A stretch of DNA of 64,000 nt, taken from the NCBI GenBank assembly GCA_013265495.1, contig MU058418.1, positions 1,390,917 to 1,454,916 of the forward strand, read 5' to 3'. The DNA comes from Vicugna vicugna (Eukaryota). The notes below the pieces were generated by a model. The model was not told the DNA's origin, did not search any database, and saw only the letters and a list, made by a program, of their open reading frames with translations. The translations under genes and the position numbers were made by a program. Shown one piece after another: positions 36,411-48,350 of this stretch (the stretch's first letter is position 1; the number at the start of each line of letters is the position of its first letter).

Positions 36411-37214
36411 TTGCAAGTCTCTCTTTCCCTCTTCCACTCCCAGCTTCTTCGTTTGCAGTCCCCACCTAAGGTACTGAGGGCCTGGCCAGAGTGAGGGGTG
36501 GAGGATGGAAGATGCTTGAGGGGCAGACTCAGAGTGGCCTGGGGACCACTAGGGAGGAAGAAAAGTTCTCGGTACTTGAGTTGAACACCTGTCTGGGTGC
36601 CAGCACACTGAAGAGGCATGCTGCCAGCCTGCCCATCTAGTCTGGCCACAGACTCCACCCCTCACGCCACTAGCTTGGCCCGCCCAGCTTGGGGTCAGCA
36701 GCCTGACCTCACAGCTGTGCTCCCTCACCTCCCAGAATTCCAGAGGAGAGCTGTTACCCGAAGGAAACAAGTCTGGTCTCTTTGGCACCAACCACACACC
36801 TAGACCTATTCATAGCAAGATTGCACAACTGGCTGGAGAACAGCCCGGCTGGGCATGGGGAGAGCTGTGCTCCTTAGCCCGGGCCTGACCCACTGATGCC
36901 CCTGCACAAGGCTTCCAGCTTGCAGAGCAGGGCTGTCCCCAGGAGGGGTGCGGTGGGGCTTGGGGGCCTCAAGGGTCTGACTGGCTCCTCTTCCCAAGTC
37001 GGGGGACTCACTCCTCCAAAGGAAAAGCTCTGACACTGTCCTGCAGGCTGGTGCCCCACAAGCACTCCTCCTGCCTGGCAGTGCAGTTTAGCACCTGGAT
37101 TGGGGGTGGGGGTGGGGCTCTCCTTAGTGAACACAGAAACCAGGAGGCAGGTTTTTACAGAAGAGGAAACTGAGTTACTGTTCAACTAAGCTCCTTTTTG
37201 TCTCTATAGGGAGC

Positions 37215-37410
37215 TGGTGTCATGGAGTAGGGGAGGGAAACTCAACTTTGGATTGGGACAGACCTTGGTTGGAACCAGCCCTGCCATTCACTAGCTGAAT
37301 GATGACAGGCGAGTCCATTAACTTCTCTGGGCCTCTGTTTTCTCATTTGTGAAATGGGAATGAACAAGGCTGCCTGTGTCTCAGATCATGAGGATGACCT
37401 GAGAGGGTGC
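37215..37410 (+). mobile_element. MIR SINE
   Basis: TTAACTTCTCTGGGCCTCTGTTTTCTCATTTGTGAAATGGGAATGA. Confidence 0.65.
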
Positions 37411-37477
37411 CCAGGAAGCACTGCAGCTCCTTTCCAGCAAGTTAGCAGCAAGCCCTTCATCAGAAGTCCTCTTTCTT

Positions 37478-38221
37478 AAACGGAACCCTCCTACACTCCT
37501 GGTGGGAATGTAATTTGGTGCAGCCACTATGGAAAACAGTTTGGAGATCCCTTTAAAAACTAAAAATAGGGTTGCCATATGCTCCAACAATCCCACTCCT
37601 GAGCATATATCCAAAGGAATCTCTAGTTCAAAAAGATACATGCACCCCAGTATTCACAGTAGCATTATTTATAATAGCCAAGACATGGAAGCAACCTAAA
37701 TGTCCATCAGCAGATGACTAGGTAAAGATGCAGTACATATACATGATGGAATATTACTCAGCCATTAAAAAGAATGAATTAATATCATTTGCAACAACAT
37801 ATGGACCTAGAGATAATCATACTAAGTGAAGTAAATGAGACAGAGAAAGACAAATATCATATGATACCACTTATATGTGGAATCTAAAATATGATGCAAA
37901 TAAACTTATTGACAGAACTGAAATAGACTCACAGACATAGAAAATAAACTTACGACTACCAAAGGGGAAAGGCAGGGAGGGGGAAGGGACAAATTAGGAG
38001 TTTGGGATTAGCAGATACAAAGTACTATTTATAAAATAAATAAACAACAAGGCCCTACTGTATATCACAGGGAACTATATTCAAAATCCTGTAATAAACC
38101 ATAATGAAAAAAATATGATAAAGAATACATATAACTGAATCATTCTGCTGTATACCAGAAACTAACACAATATTGTAAATCAACTATACTTCAATAAAAA
38201 TGTTTTTAAAAATTTTTTAAA
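37478..38221 (+). mobile_element. 5'-truncated L1 (ORF2 end + 3'UTR)
   Basis: GAACCCTCCTACACT...GGTGCAGCCACTATGGAAAACAG...GGAATATTACTCAGCCATTAAAAAGAATGAA...CAACTATACTTCAATAAAAA, with flanking repeat AAGTCCTCT (37464-37472, 38222-38230). Confidence 0.9.
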
Positions 38222-39254
38222 AAGTCCTCTCTTTATACACAGCCCATTGGCCCACATCCCATGGGGTGTTGGTTTTTCATCATATAAAAACATAAAACAA
38301 AATCTGACATATTAATAAACCCCATCTGTATAATTAGATTGCATAGCAATTAGTCATAAAAGGTAACTGACTTTAAGGTTTTTCTGTCCTTATCTTCTTT
38401 GATGTTCTTCAGGACCTGTTGGCAGTAGCCGCATTCTGTGCCGTGGACCATAGAATCATTCTCATCATCATGAAGAACTTAAATGTCCTGGCAAGACACA
38501 GTTGGAAAATTTGTTTCTGGTCCTGGCTCAGCCACTAAATGCTGTGTCGCCTCGAGTGAGTCATCTCCCCTTCTCTGAGCATCAGTTTCCCCATCTGCAA
38601 AGGTCACCTCGCGAACACTCTGTATTTCATAAGGTGTCAGGAAAAGCCCGGACACGGAGCACCCTATCAGAACCACAAGGCAGGTATCAGAACCAAAGAT
38701 GCCGCTTTGGGTCAGGAAGTTGGCAAATGTTCATACATTCATTTTTCAAAGGAGAAACCGAGACAGAGTCTAAAGTGGGCTTAAAGACTCATGGTTTCTG
38801 GTTGCAACCTACCTCTCTGCCCAGGCCTCCAAAGCCACGCACAGTTAAGGCAGTGAGACCCTAGGGAGAGAGTTGAGGTAGAGAGGGCATCTTAAGGAGA
38901 TGGAGAAAAGGAAAAGGACGGAAGAGGAAACTGGGGGTGGAGATGAAGGAGGCAGAGTGGGGAGGTGGGGAGTGGCAGGGGGAGTGGGGAGAGAGTGGCT
39001 TGTTCTTTGGTGCCTATTTCAGACCAGGTGGTGCACCCTACACAGCTGTCAGCCCTGTAACCCGTCTGCTCTTACATGAGTCTCTCCAGTTTCCATCCTG
39101 AAGAAGTGAGATGAGACAGGGGCTCACAGAGGCCCAGCTGGAAGTTCTTTCAGACACAGACAGGAGGCCAGGGCGACCCGCAGCTGGTCTGAAGGGTGCA
39201 GGGAGTCGCAGCAGCTCGCAACCCGCCTCTATAATAAAGGTAGACTATCCTCCG

Positions 39255-39316
39255 GCGTGCACGTATGCGTGTGTGCGTCTGTGCGTCCGTGCGTGCGTTT
39301 GTGCGTCCACGCGTGC

Positions 39317-39349
<33 letters not shown>
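39255..39349 (+). repeat. Compound (TGCG/TG)n followed by (GA)n microsatellite
   Basis: Directly visible. Confidence 0.9.
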
Positions 39350-39353
<4 letters not shown>

Positions 39354-39599
39354 AGTACTCTGACGTCGCTGTCCCCGGGTTGGCATTTCCTCAACAGATT
39401 TCTTCCTGACCGTGGCATTGTCGTGACTGGTATGTGGAGAAGAATTAAAGACAACCTAACCAGGTAGTTTGAGGCTTTTAATTGCTCTGTACCTCCTTGA
39501 GTGTAAAAGTACAGCCCCAACCCTTGGCTATGCCCAGGGCTAACTCCACCTTTGGAGGTGGGTGAAGGAAGGGAATGGGTAGGCCTCTGGCTTTGTCTG

Positions 39600-39785
39600 T
39601 GTAAGTACTTTGCCTTTGATAAGTTACCTAAACCCCTGTGCCTTAGTTATCTACGCTGCAAAACAGAGACAATAATAACCATATCTCATCATGTTAGTGT
39701 GAGGATTAAATGAGATTTGCATGGACAGTGCTTAGAATAGATCTGGCACATAGAAAGTCCTTGCTACAGTCACCTATATTTATTA
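39600..39785 (+). mobile_element. MIR SINE
   Basis: AAGTTACCTAAACCCCTGTGCCTTAG...GTGAGGATTAAATGAGAT...GTGCTTAGAATAGATCTGGCACATAG. Confidence 0.7.
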
Positions 39786-39889
39786 GGATATTTGAATTAC
39801 TCAGTAAATCATAGATCATAAATTTTTTAAAATTAGATGTCTAAAAGGTAACCGTCATACCCTACCCAAAGACCAAAGGCAGATTCTAC

Positions 39890-40050
39890 AAAATGTGCTC
39901 CTTGGATCATGTATGTCAGGAAGGCATGAGGGAGCTTACTGAAAATTCAGGTTCCTTGGATCCATTTCAAAAGTGCTGAATTAGAATCCAACAGAGCCTG
40001 AAATTTTGGCTTTCTGCACATTTAGTACACTAAAGTTTGAAAATCCCTGG
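39890..40050. mobile_element. MER5-like hAT-Charlie DNA element
   Basis: GGGAGCTTACTGAAAATTCAGGTTCC...CTGAATTAGAATC...CACTAAAGTTTGAAAATCCCTG. Confidence 0.5.
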
Positions 40051-40088
40051 GGTTAAGGTGAAAATGCTCATCCATTTGGGGCCTCCTC

Positions 40089-40270
40089 TGTAGTAGACAG
40101 AATAATTCCCCCCACAAAAAGATGTTCGTGTCCCAACCCCTGGGGCCTGTGAATGTCTTAGGTTATATGGCAAGGGGGGCTTTAGGTTGCTAATTAATGA
40201 ATTTCAAAATAAGATTATCTGCCCAATGTTATCATTAGGGTCCTTAAATGGAGTAGAGGGAGATAGAAGA
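40089..40270 (+). mobile_element. MLT1 (MaLR) LTR 5' fragment
   Basis: TGTAGTAGACAGAATAATTCCCCCCACAAAAAGATGTTCGTGTCC...CCTGTGAATGT...TTATATGGCAA. Confidence 0.65.
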
Positions 40271-40630
40271 GTTTAAATGCATAGAGTCCTGTAACCGCTA
40301 CCATAATCACAATACAGAACAGTTCCATTGCCCTGCAAGAACTCCCTTGTGCTCCCTAACTCCTTCTAGTCAAATCTGTCCTGAGCACTTACCCCCCGGT
40401 GACCACTGATCTGGTCCCATCCCTAGAGTTCTGCCTCTTCCAGACTATCACATAAATGGAATCATATAATACACAGCCTTTGGAGTCTGGCCCCTTTCAC
40501 TTGGCAGAAAGCATTTGTGATAGGTAGCAGTATTTCACTCCTTTTGTTGCTGAGTAATATTCCATTGTATGAATTAAGGTACCACAGTTGTTTATCCATT
40601 TGCCAGCTGAAGGAATTTGGGTTGTTTCTG
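40270..40630 (-). mobile_element. Old L1M fragment
   Basis: ACAATACAGAACAGTTCCATT...ACCACTGATCTG...ATAAATGGAATCATATAA...TTGTTGCTGAGTAATATTCCATTGTATG. Confidence 0.7.
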
Positions 40631-43600
40631 AGTTGATCTTAGTTTAACTGATTCTTTTCCATGGGAGAGGAAAATTCTGATATAGTGCCAGTATGATAAG
40701 AGAGGGTAGGTGGTGAGTTGAAGACAGTGACTCACACATGGTTCCTGCCAATGGGTCACCTTTTTATCAGGCTAGGTCCAGCCAGGGAGGACTTAAAGTG
40801 TGTCATTAGAATAAACCACAGGTTCTCCAAAATCATAAAGATAACAGGATCTGACAGAGGACCTCTGAGTCTGTTTCTCACAAATAAAATGGAACACTCT
40901 TGGAATGTCAGGCCCCCAAACTCACTGTGAAACCATCGGGGTGAGTCTCTCCTCTCTTGGAATGTGTCGTGTCTCCAGGGGGCAGAGGGTGGCTTCCACT
41001 GTCATCGCCCTGCTTCTCGACGGTTTATGATGCTTTTGCCCAGCTGGGATCTATTTGATCTTCCAACAAACCCAAGAGGGAAGAAAGGCAGATATTTTTA
41101 CTTGCATTATTTTGAAGATAAGGTTGTGGGAGCTCAAGGAAGCTGGTATTTGTCCAAAGTCAACAAGAGCCTTGGTTGGGGAGAAAATCTGGTTCTTCTG
41201 ATTTTCAGCCCAGTGTTTTCTCGTTTTAAAGTTTTAAAACCTCTACAGATGGACAATGCAAGAGTGGCGATTATCTCTTTAATGCACACATTGGAGAATC
41301 AACTCTTGCTCAGAGTAAGTGTTAGGGTCCGCACAAAGAGAACAGGGAGAGTTTAAATCACATCTTGCTGGCCTCCATGTTCTCATTCACAAGATGGGTG
41401 AAACAATTCCTACCTCCTACTGTGTTTGCAAAGATAAGAGGTCTCAGAAGAGCTAAAAATGCAAGTAATTAAGGCATACAAGGTACCTCACAAATGGCAG
41501 CAATTATTAATTTGGTTTATTAGGAGAAACCTTAGAATAGGCAAACCATGAGCTCTGCGTGGTGAGTGCTCTCTGCTCTCAGCTCGGCCTGGGATTTCTG
41601 AGGCCCAATTTTCTTCTGACAGTAATGGAGGAAACCAAGTGGTTAAGGAGGAGGCCTGGAAGCTGGCACAGCTGGGGACCATTAGTTCCTAACCAGGGGC
41701 CAGCCTGGGAAGAAGACCTAGGCAGCTGTGAGGAGGGGTGCTGAGGGTGTCTCCGTGGAGGAAACTTGGTCTGCAGATTTTGTTTTTCTTAATTCTGAAC
41801 TTGGTTTTACACTCCAGAGGGGAGTTCTTCATGTCTGAACGTGGGTTTTGAGCCCTGGCGCTGGTGGTTTTTGCAGTAAATGGCTTGCTGCTCCTCGTGG
41901 GGCAATATTGCTATTGATGTTGGGCCAAGGTGGTTAGGAAACGGGATCTTCCAAATGGGGACTTTGTGGTTTGGCCACACGGAGCTACAGTCTCCACAAG
42001 CACAGTTGGGGGTTGAGACAGTTACCCACAGGGTAGGGCTTGAGGGTAAAGTGGTGTTTCTCCTCTGCTACTCCGTTGCTTCCCCCTGCCCCTCAGCGTT
42101 ATTATTATTATTATTACCAGTGTAGCCTGTATTCTGGCCTCAGACTCCCAAAGAGAAGGGGCTGTTAGGAACAAGCAGGCCCGAGGAGGCTCCTAAGAGC
42201 AGCAAAGCAGGAGACCAGGGTGCCAGCAGGTCTCCAGAGGATGAAACGTGTCCTCAAACTGCCAGTCTGTCTCCCCTGGCATCAGGCCCCCTTACAAGAG
42301 CATCAGTGCTGCTGGGTTGGAGGAGGGGCAGAGGGGCAGTGGGCCTGGAGAAGGCCTGGCACCCTCCACCCTCTCTGGGGAGCCTTCTCTGACTGCCAGG
42401 CAGCCAGCTGTAGCTACCTCTGCCCTGTCCCTCCTTAGCCTCCTGTCCTCCATGCAGGTCACACTGTTTTGTAGTTGTCACACTGTATTGTAATGACTCG
42501 GGTGGCTGGCTGTGCCCCCACTGCACCTACCACATGTAGCTGTGGTAGCTGCTGCACACCCCTTGATGGCGGGAGTGAATAAATCTGAAGAGAAGCAGCA
42601 GCTCTGAAGATCTCCCCAAGAACAAGCAGAAGGGGCTTTTGTCCAGGGAATCGCCTGCTCAGCATTTTTGTCCTGATGGAAAAGCTCTTGCAAAGCAGTG
42701 GCAGATAAGAGCCCTCACTCCTGCCCTTTGAGTTTGATTTCCTTTGAGTTTCTCCTTCCTTTCTATTCCAACTAGTCCAAAGAAGCAGTGAGCACTGGCT
42801 TAGTTTTAGGCACACGTGATGTTTCTGTTCACGGCACCATTAGTACTAGAGGTATCGCCCCAGTTGTGCTGTCCCTCTGGGTCATCCAGGTGTGCAGAAG
42901 GCACCCAGGTAAGCTTGTTCCCCAGACTCATTTAGCTTGTTCTTCCACCCCCCACCCCAAGAATGACCTTTTACAAAATGTCAAAGTTAAACTTGTTCTT
43001 GATCATGGCTTCACGCCTTGCCCCTTTGATGCTGAGGTAAGAGTGCTTGTGACAACACAAAGCAAATTCAATTCTGGCTGTTACAAAGGGAAGGTTGAAA
43101 AGGAACAAAAACATTTAAGCCCAGCACCTCCTATGTGGCGGTTAGTGGGGGAGGGGAGGAGAGAATGTAGTGCTTCCGGTGCGTCCAATCAGGAGATGGA
43201 CCACCAATGAGGGTATAGTGTGAGAAGAGTTGGGAGGGCGTGGATGACCCAGGAGGTACCCAGATGGCAAAGCTCATGTCCCTCTGACACGCCCTAGTTC
43301 TCACGGCCAGCCCCTCTTCTTCTCCTTGGCTGGTGTAAGTAGCGGTTCCCAGCCTGTCTCCCTCAGCAGGCTGGTCTCTCTCCTTCCAGGCAAGGTGGAC
43401 AGGAAGATGCTCAGGAGCCAGTCTAACTGAGCCAGTAACACATTCCACAGCAGCTTTTATTTCCCCATATCCATTTGTTGATGTTTTCCTCACCCTCATT
43501 ACCCAAGAGGATTGATTATGCACAGAACTGTGATGTGTGTTCTATGATCTGCCTAGAGAATTATCTCAGTGTTGGCCAGAGCTTAGCACTCTCGCCTCAG

Positions 43601-45239
43601 GGGGCTCAGGCATGCATTCATCAGGACCCAGAACTCCTGGGTGTGCAGCAGGCTGGAGTCAGCACATTCTAGAAGCAGGGGCTAGCATGCCAGGTAGGGA
43701 TGGAGGGGACAGCATAGCCCATCCCCCTGGGACTTGAGTCACCCTCTGCCTGAAGGCTTCTCCCACTGGCTTCTGCACTCCTGAGCCTCTGTGGGATCCT
43801 CATGCTCCTCGACCCGCGTCCTCTCCTTCCCGTTGAGTTTCCTCTCGAAAACCCCACAGCCCAGGCCCAGAAGGCCCTGGCCTCAGCTCAGGCCAGAGAG
43901 AGGAATCCTGGGTCCTAGCTATTTTCAGAGCTAAAATTGAAGCCCGTGGTTTATTTCCTCAGCATTTAATTAGACTCCAGAGCGGCCTCCTTCCTGCCCA
44001 CGAGTGAAAGCCTGACCAATGGGTTTGGGAGCTGACGCCACGTCGCTGTGTCACAGTGGGGCGGTTGGGGCCTGGAGCATTTTTACAAACAGGAGGTTGC
44101 GGAGAACAAAACCGCTTGGCCCTCAGCCAGTTAGACTAAGTCGGTTGGGAGAGGGAGGGAGCAGGAAAGCGTTATATCATCCCCTCTTCTTTGAACTGCA
44201 TCGTAAATCTGCGAGACAGGAAATGAGGATCTGGAGGGGAGGGGAGGAAAGGGGGTAGTGCCACAAGATGCTGGAGTGGCCTCGCCTGCCCTCGGAGCTT
44301 GGCTCAGAAGAGGCCCTGGGGAAGGGGAGGGACTCCCAGGGGGCTGGGGGAGGGGCAGTGAGGGATCCCATCGGTGCCTTGAACACTTCCTGGGTCAGGT
44401 AGGCAATGGGATGACTGTAGGTGCCTGAGGGTGATTTCTGGGCCCACTTCAGGTCCTCCAACTAAAACTACTTTCCCAGATAGTTTTTAGAGCTGGTACG
44501 GATTTGAGAGAACCTTTGATGAGGATGTTGAGGGCAAGGAAAGAAAAATAAATTAACTAAAGCCACACAGCTAATGAGACCTGGAAGTGGGGACAGGTGT
44601 CTTCTGACTCGTTTCTGTCCGCTAGGTCCCCTTCTTAATGCTGTTCCTTGGCTTTCATGGGGACACGAGCCTTTCAATCCAGAGTGAAGGTAAGGTGTCA
44701 AATGCAAATGCACTTAGGTGAAATGACACATTCATTCAGTTCACATTAAGAGCTAAGTAATTGATTACCGAGGAGAGATTTTGATGAGCAGAGGTGCCAA
44801 GCTCCATGGAGGAGCACTTCTGACCACCAGGGTGGGGAGTCATCATCTGTTCGTGATCAATTTAAGGCCCTCCCAACCTTGGTGTTTCTGAAGGGGAGAG
44901 GTGGGAGGGAATGGAGACCTGTAATGTCTCTGAAATACAACCAGTTTCCTCCCAGGGAGGAGTGAAAACAAGAAACTTGGCTGATGAGCACCCATATTAA
45001 TAAATTTTGTAACATTTCTCTGAAAAGATGTAGATACCAGCCTTAGGAGCACCATTACTGTTGGACTAAACTATGGTCACCCATGAACTCAAGGAAGATC
45101 CTATGTTTTCCAACCTTCCTTCCCTTCCCACAGCACTCCTGAGGCTGCCTCTCAAATGAGGAATTCAACAGATGAGAATAGTGTAAGTCCTTCCTGCACA
45201 CTACAGGACCCTAAATTAAATAGGAGCCATAGCCAACAT

Positions 45240-45430
45240 TTATTTATTTACTTATTTTTTTGCCAACTGCTTCCCTAGCATTACCTCATGTCATCTTGAT
45301 AACTATTATTATCATCATCCTCATTTCACAGTGGGGATGTTGAAGCTCAGAGAGGTAAAATAATTTGCCCAAGGTCACCCAGGAAGCAGTTAAGGCCAAG
45401 ATTTGACCCAAGGCTACTTATTCTATGGCC
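45240..45430 (-). mobile_element. MIR SINE
   Basis: CTCATTTCACAG...GAAGCTCAGAGAGGTAAAATAATTTGCCCAAGGTCAC. Confidence 0.7.
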
Positions 45431-46026
45431 TATGTTTCAACTACCCTAGACTGCTTCCACTGGCAGAAACAAAATGTTCTGGAGTATAGAGGGAACTAAA
45501 TAGAATTTTATCCAATAGCAAGAATGAGGCTCACGCTGTTCATTGCCTTGGCTAGAAAATACAGAAGGGTGAGGAGTAGCAGGCCCTGGAGAGTGGCTGA
45601 GAGCTGAAGTTAGACTGAGATTGCCATGGTCTATGCTCTGTGTCTGGTATTTGGTGTACATTTCTGCTTTGCTAGGCAAATAGCCTGAATATCCCCTTCA
45701 CTTCTCTTTGCTGGGGTCTGAGGCCATTAATACCATATAACCTCCATTCCATTCTTGTTTCATGTCTGTCTCACCCAACTCATTTCCATGACCTAACCCT
45801 GAAATTATTTGGTATCTGAATGCAAACAAAGCTGATTCTTGATACACAGGAACAGTTGACTTAAGCTCTTAGTTGTTTCCTCTTCTCCTTCCATTACTTC
45901 TTCTCTGCTACTTACTTTAGACATTTCATTACCCCAACCAGAAAGCACACAAGTGGAAGGAAAGAATGCTCATGATTAGTGTTTTGCTGTCAACTAACTT
46001 TGTTAGTAGTTTCCACTAGAAAAAGA

Positions 46027-46505
46027 TGTGAACGAAAAATACTGCAAACCTTATCAGTAAACAAAGAATACTGAAACCATCAAGTCTTCAGCGGCTGTCG
46101 CCGCCCCCCAGTGAAGACAAGCCTGCAGCCCAGCCTCTGCAGCCACTCACAAAGGTGCTCTCTGAGAGGAATCAAAATAAGAAAGGACAGGATACTGGCC
46201 CTAGATAGCTAGGTGCTTGTCAAAGGAATAAATTCAATGAGCCCAAATGTTTGCTTCCTCCCATACATAGAAAAGCACTAAATTCTTTAACTTGAGATGC
46301 CTGGTTTTCTTTAGTTAACAAGTAACCTTTTAATGGTCCAACTACCTAGTCTTTGTTGTAAAGCTTCTATATATCCTAGCTCCTCTCCTATCTCTTGGGA
46401 ACAGTCCCACAGAGTGATCTGAGAGGCTGTCATCCCAGCTCAAGGCCTCCTGCCAAATAAAACATAACTCTCAACTTTTAGGCTGTGCATTTATTTCAGT
46501 CAGCA
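46027..46505 (+). mobile_element. ERV1-class solo LTR (479 bp)
   Basis: TG...CA termini, perfect 4-bp TSD AAGA (46023-46026, 46506-46509), TATATAT at 46368-46374 and AATAAA at 46456-46461 in U3-R-U5 order. Confidence 0.8.
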
Positions 46506-48225
46506 AAGACTAATGTGGAAGTAGTTTGAGGCTTGGAGAGTACCTTTTTGCCTGTGCGTTCCCTATAATCTGATGGCCTAAATAATATCTAAACTTTTTT
46601 CTTAGTTGGGCCTTGGCTGTGTTTGTTGAATTGTATGTCATCTTTCACCCATGACCCACCCTTGGTCAAATTCTGTGATTGAGGAATATGGACAGTACTA
46701 GATTTTCACTGTCTCCCATTTAATGATTTAATGCATGTAAGGTCCTAGGACGTTTCTTGGTCCAGAGTAAACACTCAATAATCATTGGTTATTATTGTTA
46801 ATAATAATTATGTTTGAAAAATAATACTTAGTATCCAAGACATCAATTATTTTTGTTATCCTGAGTTTTTTTCATAATAGCAGTTGGGATTGGGTTTTAA
46901 AGTAAAAGTTCTTTAAGGGCAGGAACCAAGGATGATAGAGCAGTACTAGGTATAAACTCCTTAGGGGGAGACTTTTGCTTCTAGACATGGTGGACTAGTT
47001 TGTAGCAAACCAATCCTCCATACAAGGGCAACTAGAAAAACCTAGATTAAAAAAAAAACAAACCGAGAAGTATCTATTTGGAAGCATTGGAGAGCTACAA
47101 AGACAGGGTCTAAGGTGGTAGAGAAAAAGGAAACACAGAGGGGTGAGTGACTTAATATACAGCTGCTTGTCCTGCGATGCATTTGCAGTTCTGAATAAGT
47201 ATAGAGATGCCGAACACCTGAGCAGGGCTGAGGAGACAAAAATTGGGATTTAAGTCTTTACAAAAGGAGTGGTTCTAGTAAACATCCCAGTCTTTCAGCT
47301 GTAAATCTTGAATGTCTATACCCTGGTAGTAAAGCTAGCCTGAAAATAGACTAGTACCCAGAGACTGAAACTTAGATGGTGAATCAATTTAATCACCGAT
47401 TAGATTAAAAAGATATTCTTCTAGCCACCTGCCTGCCAGAAACAAAGTAAATCCTCTTAAGAGGATGGTAACATAACCCAGAGTCTCAAATTATCACTAA
47501 AATTTTTCATTCACAGTATATGTACACACACACACAAAATACCCAGCATACCAGAAGATAGGAGCAGATAACTGAAAACCAACAGAAAAAAATGGTATAA
47601 TTTAAACATAAATGTTGAATCTCTTTTTAAAAGAATCAAATGAAAATTCTAGGACTGAAAAGAACTCAATGGAAGGGTTTAAAACCAGATTATGCACAAC
47701 TGAAGAGATGATTCATGAATGTGAATATAAGCCAGAAGAAAATATGCAGATGTCACTGCAATTACAAGATAAAAAGTTTGTGAAATACAGAAAAGAGCCT
47801 AGGGGATATATTGAACCCAGTGTAAACTTTGTATAATTAGAGTCCTGGAAGGAAAGGATGATGTAACATAAGGAAGAGTTGAAGAGAAAATAATCTGAGG
47901 ATTTAAGAACTGACAAACATGAAGCTACAGATTCAGAAAGTGCTACAAACCCCAAGCAGGCAAATACAAAGAAATTCACAACTACAGGCACATTATAGTA
48001 ATACAGCCAAAGAAACAAAGAAAAAACTGTAAAAGCAGCTTGTGTTAAAATATAAATAAATAAAAATAAAACAAACTAAGAGATACAATAAGACAGCCAA
48101 TTTTCAACGAAATCAATGGAAGCCAAAAAATGGTGAAATGACATCTTTAAAAGGCTAGAAGAAAATGACAGCCAAACTAAAATTCTATACCCAGAGAAGT
48201 TATTATTCAAAAATCAAAGTGAAGT

Positions 48226-48350
48226 GGGGAGGGTATAGCTCAGTGGTAGAGTACGTGCATGCTGAGCACCAGGTCCTAGGTTCAATCCCTAGTACTTCCA
48301 TTAAAACAAACAAACAAACCTAGTTATCCACCCAAAAAATTTTAAAAAAT
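48226..48350 (+). mobile_element. tRNA-Ala-derived SINE inserted into an old L1
   Basis: GGGGAGGGTATAGCTCAGTGGTAGAG...GGTTCAATCCCTAGTACTTCCATTAAAACAAACAAAC, with TSD AAAT(C/A)AAAGTGAA at 48211-48223 and 48351-48363. Confidence 0.85.

Noticed and set aside
43998..44042. ER-stress element (CCAAT-N9-CCACG)
   Set aside because: The spacing here is 17 nt, not 9.
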